A stretch of DNA of 64,000 bases, taken from positions 1,216,001 through 1,280,000 of the forward strand of contig CP147779.1 in the NCBI GenBank assembly GCA_037308085.1. The letters run 5' to 3'. Within the stretch, counting starts at the first letter, position 1, and the number at the start of each line of letters is the position of its first letter. Source of the DNA: Promethearchaeati archaeon SRVP18_Atabeyarchaeia-1 (GTDB lineage: Archaea; Asgardarchaeota; Atabeyarchaeia; Atabeyarchaeales; Atabeyarchaeaceae). Positions 20,449 to 29,821 of the stretch are shown one piece after another. The position numbers were made by a program, and so were the translations under genes. Under the pieces are notes generated by a model, which worked only from the letters and a program-made list of their open reading frames with translations, made no database searches and was not told the origin of the DNA.

Positions 20449-21891
20449 CTAGCTAGATTTCTTTGCCCACTCGCCTACCCCAGTGACGTTCGGGTCATCT
20501 ATTTTGACGTAGCCGTCTTGTTGAAGTTCCTGTGAGTACCTTCTTGCTATAGCTATTGGCTGACCTATTGCACGTGCTATTTCGGTGAAAGACAGAGTGC
20601 CCAGATCTTTGAGGATGGTGAGTATCTTGTATTTAGGCTCCTTTGACATGACTTTCACTATTCTGGCAACCTCGGCCTTCTTTTCGCTGAACTTGTCTTC
20701 AGTCTCTTCAACTATGCTCTTCAAATCTTGAACTTCTTGCTTTGCTCTCTGGTACGCTGTCTCCAGTTCTATTGCTCTGCTCTTGGCCTTCATCACATCC
20801 ACATTTTCAGTTCTGATTCTATCAACTTCCGATCTAAATGATTTGTTCTGAGTTTCAAGATCGCCAGCTCGAACCTCGGTTTCTGCGAGTTTTCCTTCAA
20901 GCTCGATGATTCTACCGTTTAGCTCCTCCGCCTTCTTCCTCTTTTCTTCGATGTTGTCCTCATACGCCTTCAGTCTAGCCTTGATCTCGCTCGTCTCGAT
21001 GATCTGCGATCTTAGGCGTTCGATCGTCTGCTGCTGATTTTCAAGCCTCGCCTTCAGTTCCTTAACTTCGATGCCTGTTTTCGCACCACTGGCAGCCTCA
21101 TTGAGTTCTTCTTCAAGCCGGACAACATTGCCCTGAAGTTCGCTCATCGTCGCCCGCTGCTCACTCATAATTGTGTCACGCTTCGCAACTTGCTCCTTGA
21201 GCTCTCTCACTTGCTTCTCGTTAATGGTCAACTCGTCTTCCAGGCTTCTTCCATGGGCGCCATATATCTCAGCTTGCTCTTTGAGAGAAGCTAGCAACCT
21301 GTACTTTGAGTTTGTCAGCTCCTCTCTGAAGCCCTTGAATTTCCCCACGAGGTCCCTGGAGAAGGATTCGAGTAGTGTCTCTTCGAGCTTCTTGACCTCG
21401 GCGACAACTACCTCGGAAATAGCATTCTCGACAAGGGGTGCAAAGGCCTTCATTCTCAGCCTCTCAGTCAGCTTCCTGGCGATCTCGGTTCTCAAGTCGA
21501 CGAGCTTGCTGCGGAACTCTAGTAGCTCGGAGGACAGGCTTGCTGCGATGTTTCTCTCAAGCGATTGGACGGTGCTCGCCATCTCATCCAGTTTCTTAAA
21601 CATGTGCTCAATGCTCGGTGTCGAAGCTGCAGGTTCTTGCTCTTCCGTAATCTCTTCAGAAGTGGCTACGGTTGTTCGTGAGGCAGACCCCCTCTGAGGA
21701 ATCGGGACCGACATTTCGGCAGCCTTGGGTTTTATCCCTTCAGCAATCGGGCCGCCAGTCGGAGCTAGAATAGTATCTACTTCCTTGGGTGTGAGCCCCA
21801 TTTCGCCGAGCAGGTTCTTAACAACCTTTTCCTGCTCTTCTCTCAGATCATCAGCCACCTTCTTTGATTTCTCATCTTCCTTGTCGGACAA
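20449..21891 (-). CDS. Long coiled-coil protein with C-terminal winged HTH
   Basis: About 300 aa of heptad-rich E/K/L sequence, then KYKILTILKDLGTLSFTEIARAIGQPIAIARRYSQELQQDGYVKI. Confidence 0.75.
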   Translation of the reverse strand: MSDKEDEKSKKVADDLREEQEKVVKNLLGEMGLTPKEVDTILAPTGGPIAEGIKPKAAEMSVPIPQRGSASRTTVATSEEITEEQEPAASTPSIEHMFKKLDEMASTVQSLERNIAASLSSELLEFRSKLVDLRTEIARKLTERLRMKAFAPLVENAISEVVVAEVKKLEETLLESFSRDLVGKFKGFREELTNSKYRLLASLKEQAEIYGAHGRSLEDELTINEKQVRELKEQVAKRDTIMSEQRATMSELQGNVVRLEEELNEAASGAKTGIEVKELKARLENQQQTIERLRSQIIETSEIKARLKAYEDNIEEKRKKAEELNGRIIELEGKLAETEVRAGDLETQNKSFRSEVDRIRTENVDVMKAKSRAIELETAYQRAKQEVQDLKSIVEETEDKFSEKKAEVARIVKVMSKEPKYKILTILKDLGTLSFTEIARAIGQPIAIARRYSQELQQDGYVKIDDPNVTGVGEWAKKSS

Positions 21892-22072
21892 CTCTCAAGT
21901 CACCCTAAACCACCAAATTCAAAATACGCTCTGACTCCCGGAGAACTGGTCGTGCAGTCCGGGAGCGCCCCGTATAATATTCTGCGTGGATTTCCTTATC
22001 AACCTTTTCTAACTATGCGTAGCTGAAGACAATCTATGATGCGAATCGGTCCGCGGATCCTAAAGGATATCG

Positions 22073-22828
22073 CTAGAGCGATATCTCCAACCCATCTCTT
22101 GCAAGGATCACATTTCCCGTGTAGACTCTCTTAGCTTGGGCAACTAGGAGCTGTTCCTTTCCCTCGTTTACACTGCTCCAGTGGAAAAGAACGAGTGTTT
22201 TTACGCCAGCTTCCTTCGCCACGGTTGCTGCTCCCACAGAGGTCGAGTGGTTGCTGCTCTTTGCCTTCTCGACCATTTCCTCAGGAAACGCAGAATCATG
22301 TATGAGTAGTTTGCAGCCTTTCGCCAGTTTCGAGACGTCTTTCGACGGTGCCGTATCGCCAGTGTAGCAGAATGAAGCTCCATCTCTCTCAAAACGATAC
22401 GCCAATGTGGTCGGATTATGGATCGATTTGGTCGTTGAAACCATATTATCGTACTTGGCGCCTGGAGCCAGCTCCCTGAACTTAAGTGGGAACGTCAATG
22501 AGTCAAGCGGCGTGTTGAGGATCCTAAGAAGAGACATGACGGTTTCCTCAGTTTTCTCAGGGCCAATTATGGAAAGGGGCTCCTTCCTTGACTCCCTTAG
22601 CCACATTGCCCATATTAGACCAAGAAGACCAGAAACATGGTCGCTGTGAAGGTGAGTAAGAAAAACTATCTTCAGCGAGTCAAGTGACCCCAGTTTCCTA
22701 AGAAGAGACTGAGTAGCTCCCTCACCACAATCGAAAAGTACATCACGATCGACCAGAATTGCGGGAAGAGAACGATCAGGAGAGATCGAGCTTCCACCTG
22801 AGCCAAGTATAGTTATCTTCAAAACCAA
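22073..22828 (-). CDS. rnz: Ribonuclease Z-like metallo-beta-lactamase
   Basis: ITILGSGG, LFDCGEG, THLHSDH, YTGDT, LIHDS, HST, LFH. Confidence 0.8.
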   Translation of the reverse strand: MVLKITILGSGGSSISPDRSLPAILVDRDVLFDCGEGATQSLLRKLGSLDSLKIVFLTHLHSDHVSGLLGLIWAMWLRESRKEPLSIIGPEKTEETVMSLLRILNTPLDSLTFPLKFRELAPGAKYDNMVSTTKSIHNPTTLAYRFERDGASFCYTGDTAPSKDVSKLAKGCKLLIHDSAFPEEMVEKAKSSNHSTSVGAATVAKEAGVKTLVLFHWSSVNEGKEQLLVAQAKRVYTGNVILARDGLEISL

Positions 22829-23027
22829 TCATCCTCTCGCAAACACGTACACGTTGACTAGCATGGCCGGTTTCTAATCAACCTTTCGCTAGATTAGTCA
22901 AATGTTGAAATGCAGCAGTGATAACGTTTATCACTTTACCTGACCATTCTAATTCATCAGACCATTGAATCGATTCTGCTTTACGGGCAACTTGGTTCAT
23001 CATGCCATGGGAGAAGGGACACACGGG

Positions 23028-24299
23028 ATGGCTAAAGAGAATGAAACCAGCGGAAAAGAGACCGTGATTGTGGTCGGCTTCAACGCTAGGCCCATAGTGT
23101 CATCCGCGAAGCGGGCGGGCTTCAAGGTTCTCGCAGTGGACTATTGGGGAGACACCGATCTCGTTGCCACAGCAGACGACACCGAAACTGTACTCAAGCA
23201 GGTTCCTGGAAAGCGACCAAGAGAAGAGTTGAGGAGGCCTGCGTCTGATCTCCTGTTTGATTGCGTCGAGAGGATTGCCTCCAGACACCGTGGAGAGGCT
23301 GACTTTATCTTGGTGGGAAGTGGACTCGACGACCGCCCTGATCTCTGGCTAGAGCTTGAAAGCACTGCCCCGATACTCGGGAATCCCCCTGCCACTTTAG
23401 CCAGAGTCAGAGATCGTTTCCAACTCTATGAAACAGCATCGAGGCTCGGCATAGCAACTCCCACTACTTTCAAAGCTTCAAGCCTCAAAGAGACGCTTGA
23501 CTTCGCCAACAAGATCAGGTATCCCGTGGTTGTGAAACCTCCGGGAGGAGGCGGGGGTCTGGGCATACGATTCGCAAAAACAGAGTCGGAACTTAGAAAA
23601 CTCTACTTGACTGAAATGAAGCCACACTTTGGCGATACCGTCTTCCTGCAGGAGTACATAGAAGGAGACCATACAAGTGCATCTATAATGGGTAACGGCA
23701 GTAGCTGCGTCGTACTGACCGCAAATGAACAACTGATTGGATTGGGCGAGCTTGGAGCCAGTGCGCCTTTCGTTTGGTGTGGCAATGTTGTCCCATTAGA
23801 TCGATCTCCAAACAATAGGAAGGTTAGGGCCATAACTGCAGCCGCAAAATCGCTCGGGGAGAACTTGAAGCTCTATGGTTCTAATGGCTTCGATTTCGTC
23901 TTGAGACGAAGAGATGAGACTCCAGTAATAATAGAATGTAACCCTCGTTTCCAGGGCACGCTCGAATGCGTTGAGATGGCCACAGGGATCACTCTTGTGA
24001 ATGAGCATGTCAAAGCATGCAGAGGCGAACTCCCAAGAAAGCTACCAGCACCAGAACGGTATGTCGCCAAGATGATACCTTTCGCCAAAGAAAGATGTAT
24101 GGTCGGAGACCTCAAAAGTATCCAAGGGGTGGGCGATGTGTCACCCGAGGGCGTGATATGTGAGCGCGGTGATCCGATCTGCACTGTTCACGGAACAGGG
24201 GAAACAAGAGATGAGTCCATGAAGAATGCGAGAAAGTCAGTAGCAGAAATCTACAGAAGAACAACAGTGCAGGGAATCTTGGAGAATTCCGAGGAATAG
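23028..24299 (+). CDS. ATP-grasp ligase (archaeal family associated with C1-cofactor biosynthesis)
   Basis: VGFNARP...DYWGDTD, YPVVVKPPGGGGG, LQEYIEG, GSNGFDF, IECNPRFQGT, D.....G...GDPICT. Confidence 0.8.
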   Translation: MAKENETSGKETVIVVGFNARPIVSSAKRAGFKVLAVDYWGDTDLVATADDTETVLKQVPGKRPREELRRPASDLLFDCVERIASRHRGEADFILVGSGLDDRPDLWLELESTAPILGNPPATLARVRDRFQLYETASRLGIATPTTFKASSLKETLDFANKIRYPVVVKPPGGGGGLGIRFAKTESELRKLYLTEMKPHFGDTVFLQEYIEGDHTSASIMGNGSSCVVLTANEQLIGLGELGASAPFVWCGNVVPLDRSPNNRKVRAITAAAKSLGENLKLYGSNGFDFVLRRRDETPVIIECNPRFQGTLECVEMATGITLVNEHVKACRGELPRKLPAPERYVAKMIPFAKERCMVGDLKSIQGVGDVSPEGVICERGDPICTVHGTGETRDESMKNARKSVAEIYRRTTVQGILENSEE

Positions 24300-24334
24300 A
24301 TGAAAAAGAGGCACAAGCGCAGTCCCCGTCGTGC

Positions 24335-25768
24335 TCACGCAGATATTTTGACGTTTGAGAACCTGATGGATGGCGTGATTGTGACTCTGTGCCTGAGCTC
24401 ATCTTCGTAGGTTCTGACGTCGTTACCTACTTCATTTACGTTCCTCAGAAGCTGCACTATGTCTGACCCTATCATGGCTTCCTTCACGGGGTATTTTATC
24501 TCTCCGCCCTCGATTTTGAACGCTGTTTGGACTCCAATTGAAAAGGCCCCTGACACTTGATTGGAAGTGTGAGCACCTATTACGGTGTATGCGAGTACTC
24601 CGTCTTCAACTTCTGATATTAGCTTCTCAAGGTCCTTAGTTCCGGGTCTAACTACGATGTTGCTTGTCTCTATTATTGGTTCAGAACTATAGGTTCTGAG
24701 TCCCGTGACATCCTTTCTTGTTGAGTTACCTGTGCTTTTGGTGTTAGCTTGATTGGCCCAAAGTGAATCATAGAGGAAAGAATTGATGACTCCCTTCTCG
24801 ATTAGGCGTGTGTTCTTTCTTGGGTTGCCTTCATCGTCGAATGACTGCGAAGCGAATCCCTTCTCAATTACGCCGTTATCCTCAATCGAGATGAGATCAG
24901 ATAGAATCTTCTTCCCCAACTTACCCGCAAAGGGGGTTTTGTTCCGTTGAAGGTTGTCTCCCATAAACGCTGGATGTATAGTGTGTGCGAAGAGATCACC
25001 CACGGCATATGAGTGCAGCACTAGATCCATGCTTCTGGTCTCGATAGGTTTCCTCGCGAGCTGGTCCACACACAGCTTTGAGACCGTCTTACCCAGCTGC
25101 TCCACATCGACGTCACTTGAGTTCCTTGCAAGTTGCAGGTAGTCTACACCTGAGACATCCCCATCGCCCTTAGCCATAGATGAAACTCGAGCGTCGACGA
25201 GCGTCTCAGTCTCCTCAAGGTCTACACCAGCGCTATTTGCTATTGCCCTATTGTATGTAATGTACGTGATTGTGCCACTGCCCGATTCTACGCGTTTATC
25301 GTAGTTTCTCATTGCTTCGGCAAGGGTTCTTCCCTTGTCGATCAGCTCCTCTATTTGGGCGTTCCTAACCTGTTTGTCAGAGATTCCCCTGACCTTCTGG
25401 TACGTGCCCTTTGCTGGAAATGCCTTGAACCTTGGATCCTCTTCCCTTGCCCGAGCGGTTCTCAGAGCTTTCTCTATGGTTTCATTCATCGGTTTTTCAG
25501 ATAGGTTTGAAGTGCAGGAGAACCCTAGTTTCTTGCCCATTGCTACGCGAATACCCAAGCCTGACTGGACTTTGCGCTGGGCGAATGTGACTTGAAGTCT
25601 CTCAATGAAACATGCGGATATGACCCTTCGGAGTGCAAAGGCCTCAGCTTGCGTAGCTCCAGTCTTCTCAGCTCGAGCCACTGCCTTGGACGCGGTTGGA
25701 GCCAAGCCGAGGTAACTGTTAAGCTTGCTCTGCTCTCCGGGACCAGTTCTAGCTTTGATGTTCGCCAT
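24335..25768 (-). CDS. tldE: TldE/PmbA family protein
   Basis: GLGIRV...GFS, FDDEG, LIEKGVI, STGN, SGAFS, PVKEAMI; lacks the HExxxH motif. Confidence 0.88.
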   Translation of the reverse strand: MANIKARTGPGEQSKLNSYLGLAPTASKAVARAEKTGATQAEAFALRRVISACFIERLQVTFAQRKVQSGLGIRVAMGKKLGFSCTSNLSEKPMNETIEKALRTARAREEDPRFKAFPAKGTYQKVRGISDKQVRNAQIEELIDKGRTLAEAMRNYDKRVESGSGTITYITYNRAIANSAGVDLEETETLVDARVSSMAKGDGDVSGVDYLQLARNSSDVDVEQLGKTVSKLCVDQLARKPIETRSMDLVLHSYAVGDLFAHTIHPAFMGDNLQRNKTPFAGKLGKKILSDLISIEDNGVIEKGFASQSFDDEGNPRKNTRLIEKGVINSFLYDSLWANQANTKSTGNSTRKDVTGLRTYSSEPIIETSNIVVRPGTKDLEKLISEVEDGVLAYTVIGAHTSNQVSGAFSIGVQTAFKIEGGEIKYPVKEAMIGSDIVQLLRNVNEVGNDVRTYEDELRHRVTITPSIRFSNVKISA

Positions 25769-25774
25769 TCTGGT

Positions 25775-25849
25775 TCAACCTCCACCAACCACCACATTCT
25801 TCACTCTAACACTGGTGCTCCCATTTCCCAGGGGCAGACTACCCTATTC
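25775..25849 (-). pseudogene. Stranded duplicate of the tldD 3' end (24 codons plus stop)
   Basis: Translates E*GSLPLGNGSTSVRVKNVVVGGG* versus the TldD C-terminus EQSNLPVGNGGSSTRIRNVVVGGQ* (14/24 identical, ungapped); its GGAGGT serves as the tldE RBS. Confidence 0.85.
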
Positions 25850-26048
25850 ACGACTCGTCATTCATTTCTCATCAATGTTTAGCCAAGACTAGACTATATG
25901 TTTATCGCGATAGTTTCAGAGTGCGTGGAAAGTTGACTTAAATGGTTCTGAGCCTGAAGTCACTGGTTTTCTGCAGTATGTGAGACTGCACATGCATCAC
26001 GAGACCCTCATGGATTCCGTCTGATCTTGGTCTACTTACGGCACCCCA

Positions 26049-27110
26049 ATGGCAAGCGGGAAGCTTAGCGAGGAATACGGCATAGACAAGAGAACTCTTC
26101 GCCGCGGGCTAGTAAAACTGATTGGCGAGAGAGAATACAAAGGGATCATGGATCGAAATGTGAAACAGAGGAAGAAACAGGTTCCGCTAGAGTGGGCACT
26201 CAGAAGACTAAGGAACGCGGAGTTGTTAACTAAACTCAGTAACGAATATGGAGTAAGCAGGAAGACTCTGCGATCCGCCTTCCGGTTGCTGATCGGTGAA
26301 GGAGAATACAGCGCGATAATAGACAGAAAGGCTAGGAAGCAGGTTCCAATCAAAAAGGTGTTAAGGCGATTCAAGAGCGGAGAGACATTGAAGAGTCTTT
26401 GTATGGAATATCATGTCACGTGGGAAACCCTGAGGAACATTCTCACGAAGGCAATTGGTGAAGAAGAGTACCGGAAATTAGTTCCAATGCACAGGGGAGG
26501 AAGAGCGCGGAGACAACTTCCAGTTCAGGAAGTTTTGACGAGAGTCAAAGCCGGTCAGTCACTAGGAAGACTTGCCAAAGCTTACAATGTAAGCTGGCTG
26601 ACTTTGAAGCGTAGGCTGGTAGAACTAGTTGGCAAAGACGGATATAAGTCGGCTAGAAAACGAACAACGCGAATCCGAGTGAAACCTCGAAGGGCCACAG
26701 TGGGATACGGCTCTCCTCTTGCAAAGGAAAATGGGGCTGACAGCCTTATTGAACTCAAGGTCAGAATGCTCCTACAGAATAACAGGGTTTCCTTCGGATA
26801 TCGGGAAAGCCTAGTTGTCAGGGGACACTGCTATGAACCAGACTTCATGTTCGGTGATAGGACCATCGTTGAGGTCATGGGAGTCACGAATACTGAGTAT
26901 TGGACGCGGTGCCACAAGAAACTGTAAGATTACGTCGGAAGTGCCTATAGAGTCATTGCAGTGATACCAGACTACTTAATCGACATAAGAAGCAAGTATA
27001 TTCCAAAAGGAGTCAGCATGATCAGGTACAACGACTTCACGAATAACATCGAAAGATACATAAAACAATTAGTGAACAAAACTAATATCGACAACTCAGC
27101 CATTCACTGA
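26049..27110 (+). pseudogene. Four-HTH-repeat protein fused to a PD-(D/E)XK (Vsr/DUF559-like) nuclease, interrupted by in-frame TAA at 26925-26927
   Basis: Repeats of L..EY.V...TL......IG..EY; nuclease motif S..E.....L......YEPDF.....IVEV.G. The frame stays open for 60 more codons (DYVGSAYRVIAVIP...) after the TAA. Confidence 0.75.
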
Positions 27111-27391
27111 TGAACTGCCACTCACGCGTGGTGATTTCAAGCATCATCGACAGTATTGCTGCAGGGGCTGGAAAAGATCCCATATTCTTCTTCCGTTAGA
27201 TCTCGACCCAGCTTGTCAAACCCTTTCCGACGTCGGATTTTGATTGGGGGAATCATACTGATGGGAGATTAGTCGGAGTTCCAGATGGGGCCCATAATAT
27301 ACCCCCTTGCCGAAGTAGAGCCTTGGTACTACCCTGCCTGTTTCAAGGAAATCGGTTGGAGGTTTCTCGCATGTTTCCAGTCTGGCGACCA

Positions 27392-28822
27392 CTACTGCCC
27401 GCCGACAACAACATTTCGGATTCTTGTGCTACTCCCTCCATTACCCACGGGCAAATTGCTCTGTTCATTCTTACCACAGAATCCTATGCCAGCCACCGAG
27501 AAGTCTTTTCCGACTGCATCGATATTCTGAAGTGTCTCCAGAGTTAGTCCGCTCAATGAGACGTCGAGGAGCGGTTTCGTGACTTGACCCTTTTCGATCA
27601 AGAAGGCTTCCTGGGCTGAGAACTGGAACGATCCTATCGCGATGTTAACTTGGCCTCCTCTGGTTCCTTTCACATAAATGCCGTTTCTGATATCCTCAAT
27701 TAGTTCATCAAATGAGTAGTCTCCAGGGGCGATGTACGTGTTGGACATGCGAGGGATCGGACGGAAGTGGTATCCTTGGGCTCTGGCTCCCCCGTTTGGT
27801 GCGAGATTTAGCTTAGCCGCGGCTTCCCTGTTCAAGATGTATTCTCGAAGTACGCCTTTCTCGATTATCGTTCTTTTCTTCGCTAGTGTTCCCTCAGAAT
27901 CATATTTGAAAGACCCGAAGCCATCAGGGACGCTTGGATCATCGTAGACTGTCGCCACTTCTGAACCGACCTTCTGTCCAAGCTTCCCAGTCAGTACACT
28001 CTCCCCAGAGATTACAAAGTCAGCTTCAGCGGCATGTCCAAGCGCTTCATGGACGAAGACGCCTATGTGCTCGGGATCTGCAACCACGGTAAATCGGCCA
28101 CCTGTTGCTTGCTCAGCTTTCAACAAAGCCGAAGCTTTGTTGGCAGTCTCCTTAGCGGTCGAGTCAAGGTCCTTCTCAAGAAACTTCTCAAATCCTCCCA
28201 TAGCACCGATCCTCTTCCGGTACTGACGGATCTTGTCCCCCTCCTTAGCGACTGGAACGAAGACGAGTGATCCCCTTGAAGGCTCACCTGTGATCTTCGA
28301 GCCTTCGCTATTGAGAAAAATGGTTTTCCCATAAGAATCGCCGTAGGTGACGGAGGCGCTAGCTATACTTGGGTTCTCTCGGATCACACGTGAGAGCTTC
28401 AGCGCTAGACCAAGCTTCTCATCGATCGGGACATTGGCGAAAGGCGTCTTCGCCTTGGCAATAAGTGAGTCCTCAATCTTCCTCAATCGGGCTATCTTGA
28501 CCTTCTCCTTGAGGTGCTCACTCGTCGCCTTAGCCATCTTGAAAGCGGCTTCGACGCCCCCCATGATCTCTTCGCGCGATATATCAGATGATGCAGCAAA
28601 ACCCCAGGCGCCATTAGCGAGCACTCGAATTCCGATTCCCTCACTGTAACTTGAAGTTGCCTGGTCAATCGTTTTGTCCCCCACGACTATCGATGTCGCG
28701 CTCATCATCTCGATCCTCATATCTGTGTACTCGGATCCAAGCTTGTCGGAATAATCAAGAGCCTTCTCAGAGATATCAAGAACATCCAATACCTGTAGAA
28801 CCTCCGAAAACAAGTCACTCAA
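27392..28822 (-). CDS. tldD: TldD metalloprotease
   Basis: GIGIRVLANGAWGFA, VHEALGHAAEAD, YDSEG, PRMSNT, GGQV, CGK. Confidence 0.93.
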   Translation of the reverse strand: MSDLFSEVLQVLDVLDISEKALDYSDKLGSEYTDMRIEMMSATSIVVGDKTIDQATSSYSEGIGIRVLANGAWGFAASSDISREEIMGGVEAAFKMAKATSEHLKEKVKIARLRKIEDSLIAKAKTPFANVPIDEKLGLALKLSRVIRENPSIASASVTYGDSYGKTIFLNSEGSKITGEPSRGSLVFVPVAKEGDKIRQYRKRIGAMGGFEKFLEKDLDSTAKETANKASALLKAEQATGGRFTVVADPEHIGVFVHEALGHAAEADFVISGESVLTGKLGQKVGSEVATVYDDPSVPDGFGSFKYDSEGTLAKKRTIIEKGVLREYILNREAAAKLNLAPNGGARAQGYHFRPIPRMSNTYIAPGDYSFDELIEDIRNGIYVKGTRGGQVNIAIGSFQFSAQEAFLIEKGQVTKPLLDVSLSGLTLETLQNIDAVGKDFSVAGIGFCGKNEQSNLPVGNGGSSTRIRNVVVGGQ

Positions 28823-29073
28823 CGTAGGCTGATTTAGACCAGAATACTATAAAACACTTTTCCGAAAAACCAGTGAGAGCGTCTAGCCCCCTGCGAACTT
28901 TGCTGGGCATCTCAGAGTACGTTCATCGACTTTGAAAGCAAGGCCAGAGTCCCAAGAATCATGTCACCCTGGTCTCCTTATTCCCGTCCTCTCTCGGTAG
29001 ACGTCACGGGGACGGTTAGCTAAGAAGTTATATAATCTCACCCGGGTTGTTCTACCTCTGGTGAGTGCGCCCC

Positions 29074-29622
29074 ATGAAGATTGTAGCAGTAGGAACAAAG
29101 AATCCCGTGAAAACCTCTGCCGTAGCACACATACTTGGTAGGCTGTTCAAAGAAGAATTTAAAGTCGTTCGAGTCGACGTCGCTTCCGGCATACCAAAGC
29201 AGCCAATAGGGCTGAGCCAGACCGTTAAAGGCGCCCTGAACAGAGCTAGACAAGCAATATCGGCTACACGTGACGCGGAGTTCGGAATCGGAATAGAGGC
29301 AGGTCTAGTCAAGATGCCAAACACGATGACAGGTTACTTCGACATACAATTCGCCGCCATAATCGATTCGAGAGGCAAGGTAACAATCGGGTGTGGATCT
29401 GGATTCGAATATCCGCCGGTAGTCGTGAGAGAGGTTCTCGGGAAGGGTAAGGAGGTAGGCGATGTCATGGAGGCGCTGACGGGTATAGACAACATAGGGG
29501 AAAGGACTGGGGCAATAGGCTACCTTTCGCATGGCGAACTTGACAGATGCTCCTTGACTGAGCAGGCGGTACTGATGGCTTTCATCCCAAGGATCAACGA
29601 GAAACTGTATGGCGCGGGGTAA
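29074..29622 (+). CDS. yjjX: Non-canonical purine NTP phosphatase (inosine/xanthosine triphosphatase, DUF84)
   Basis: VGTKNPVK, SGIPKQP, GALNRA, GIGIEAG, GAIGYLS. Confidence 0.9.
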   Translation: MKIVAVGTKNPVKTSAVAHILGRLFKEEFKVVRVDVASGIPKQPIGLSQTVKGALNRARQAISATRDAEFGIGIEAGLVKMPNTMTGYFDIQFAAIIDSRGKVTIGCGSGFEYPPVVVREVLGKGKEVGDVMEALTGIDNIGERTGAIGYLSHGELDRCSLTEQAVLMAFIPRINEKLYGAG

Positions 29623-29821
29623 CATGATCTGCTTGGTTCAAGCTACGGCTAGAACGGCAAACTCTGCAATGTCATCCCTTTTTAGCCCTCGCTCCATGCG
29701 GAAGCTATATACATAATTCTACATTCTTCTGCACACATCTACTTATCCGCAGACCGTTACCATGGCGGTCATTCCTTGCAGTAGAAGAGCAACTCGATCT
29801 CACGATGAGGAGATTCTATAA

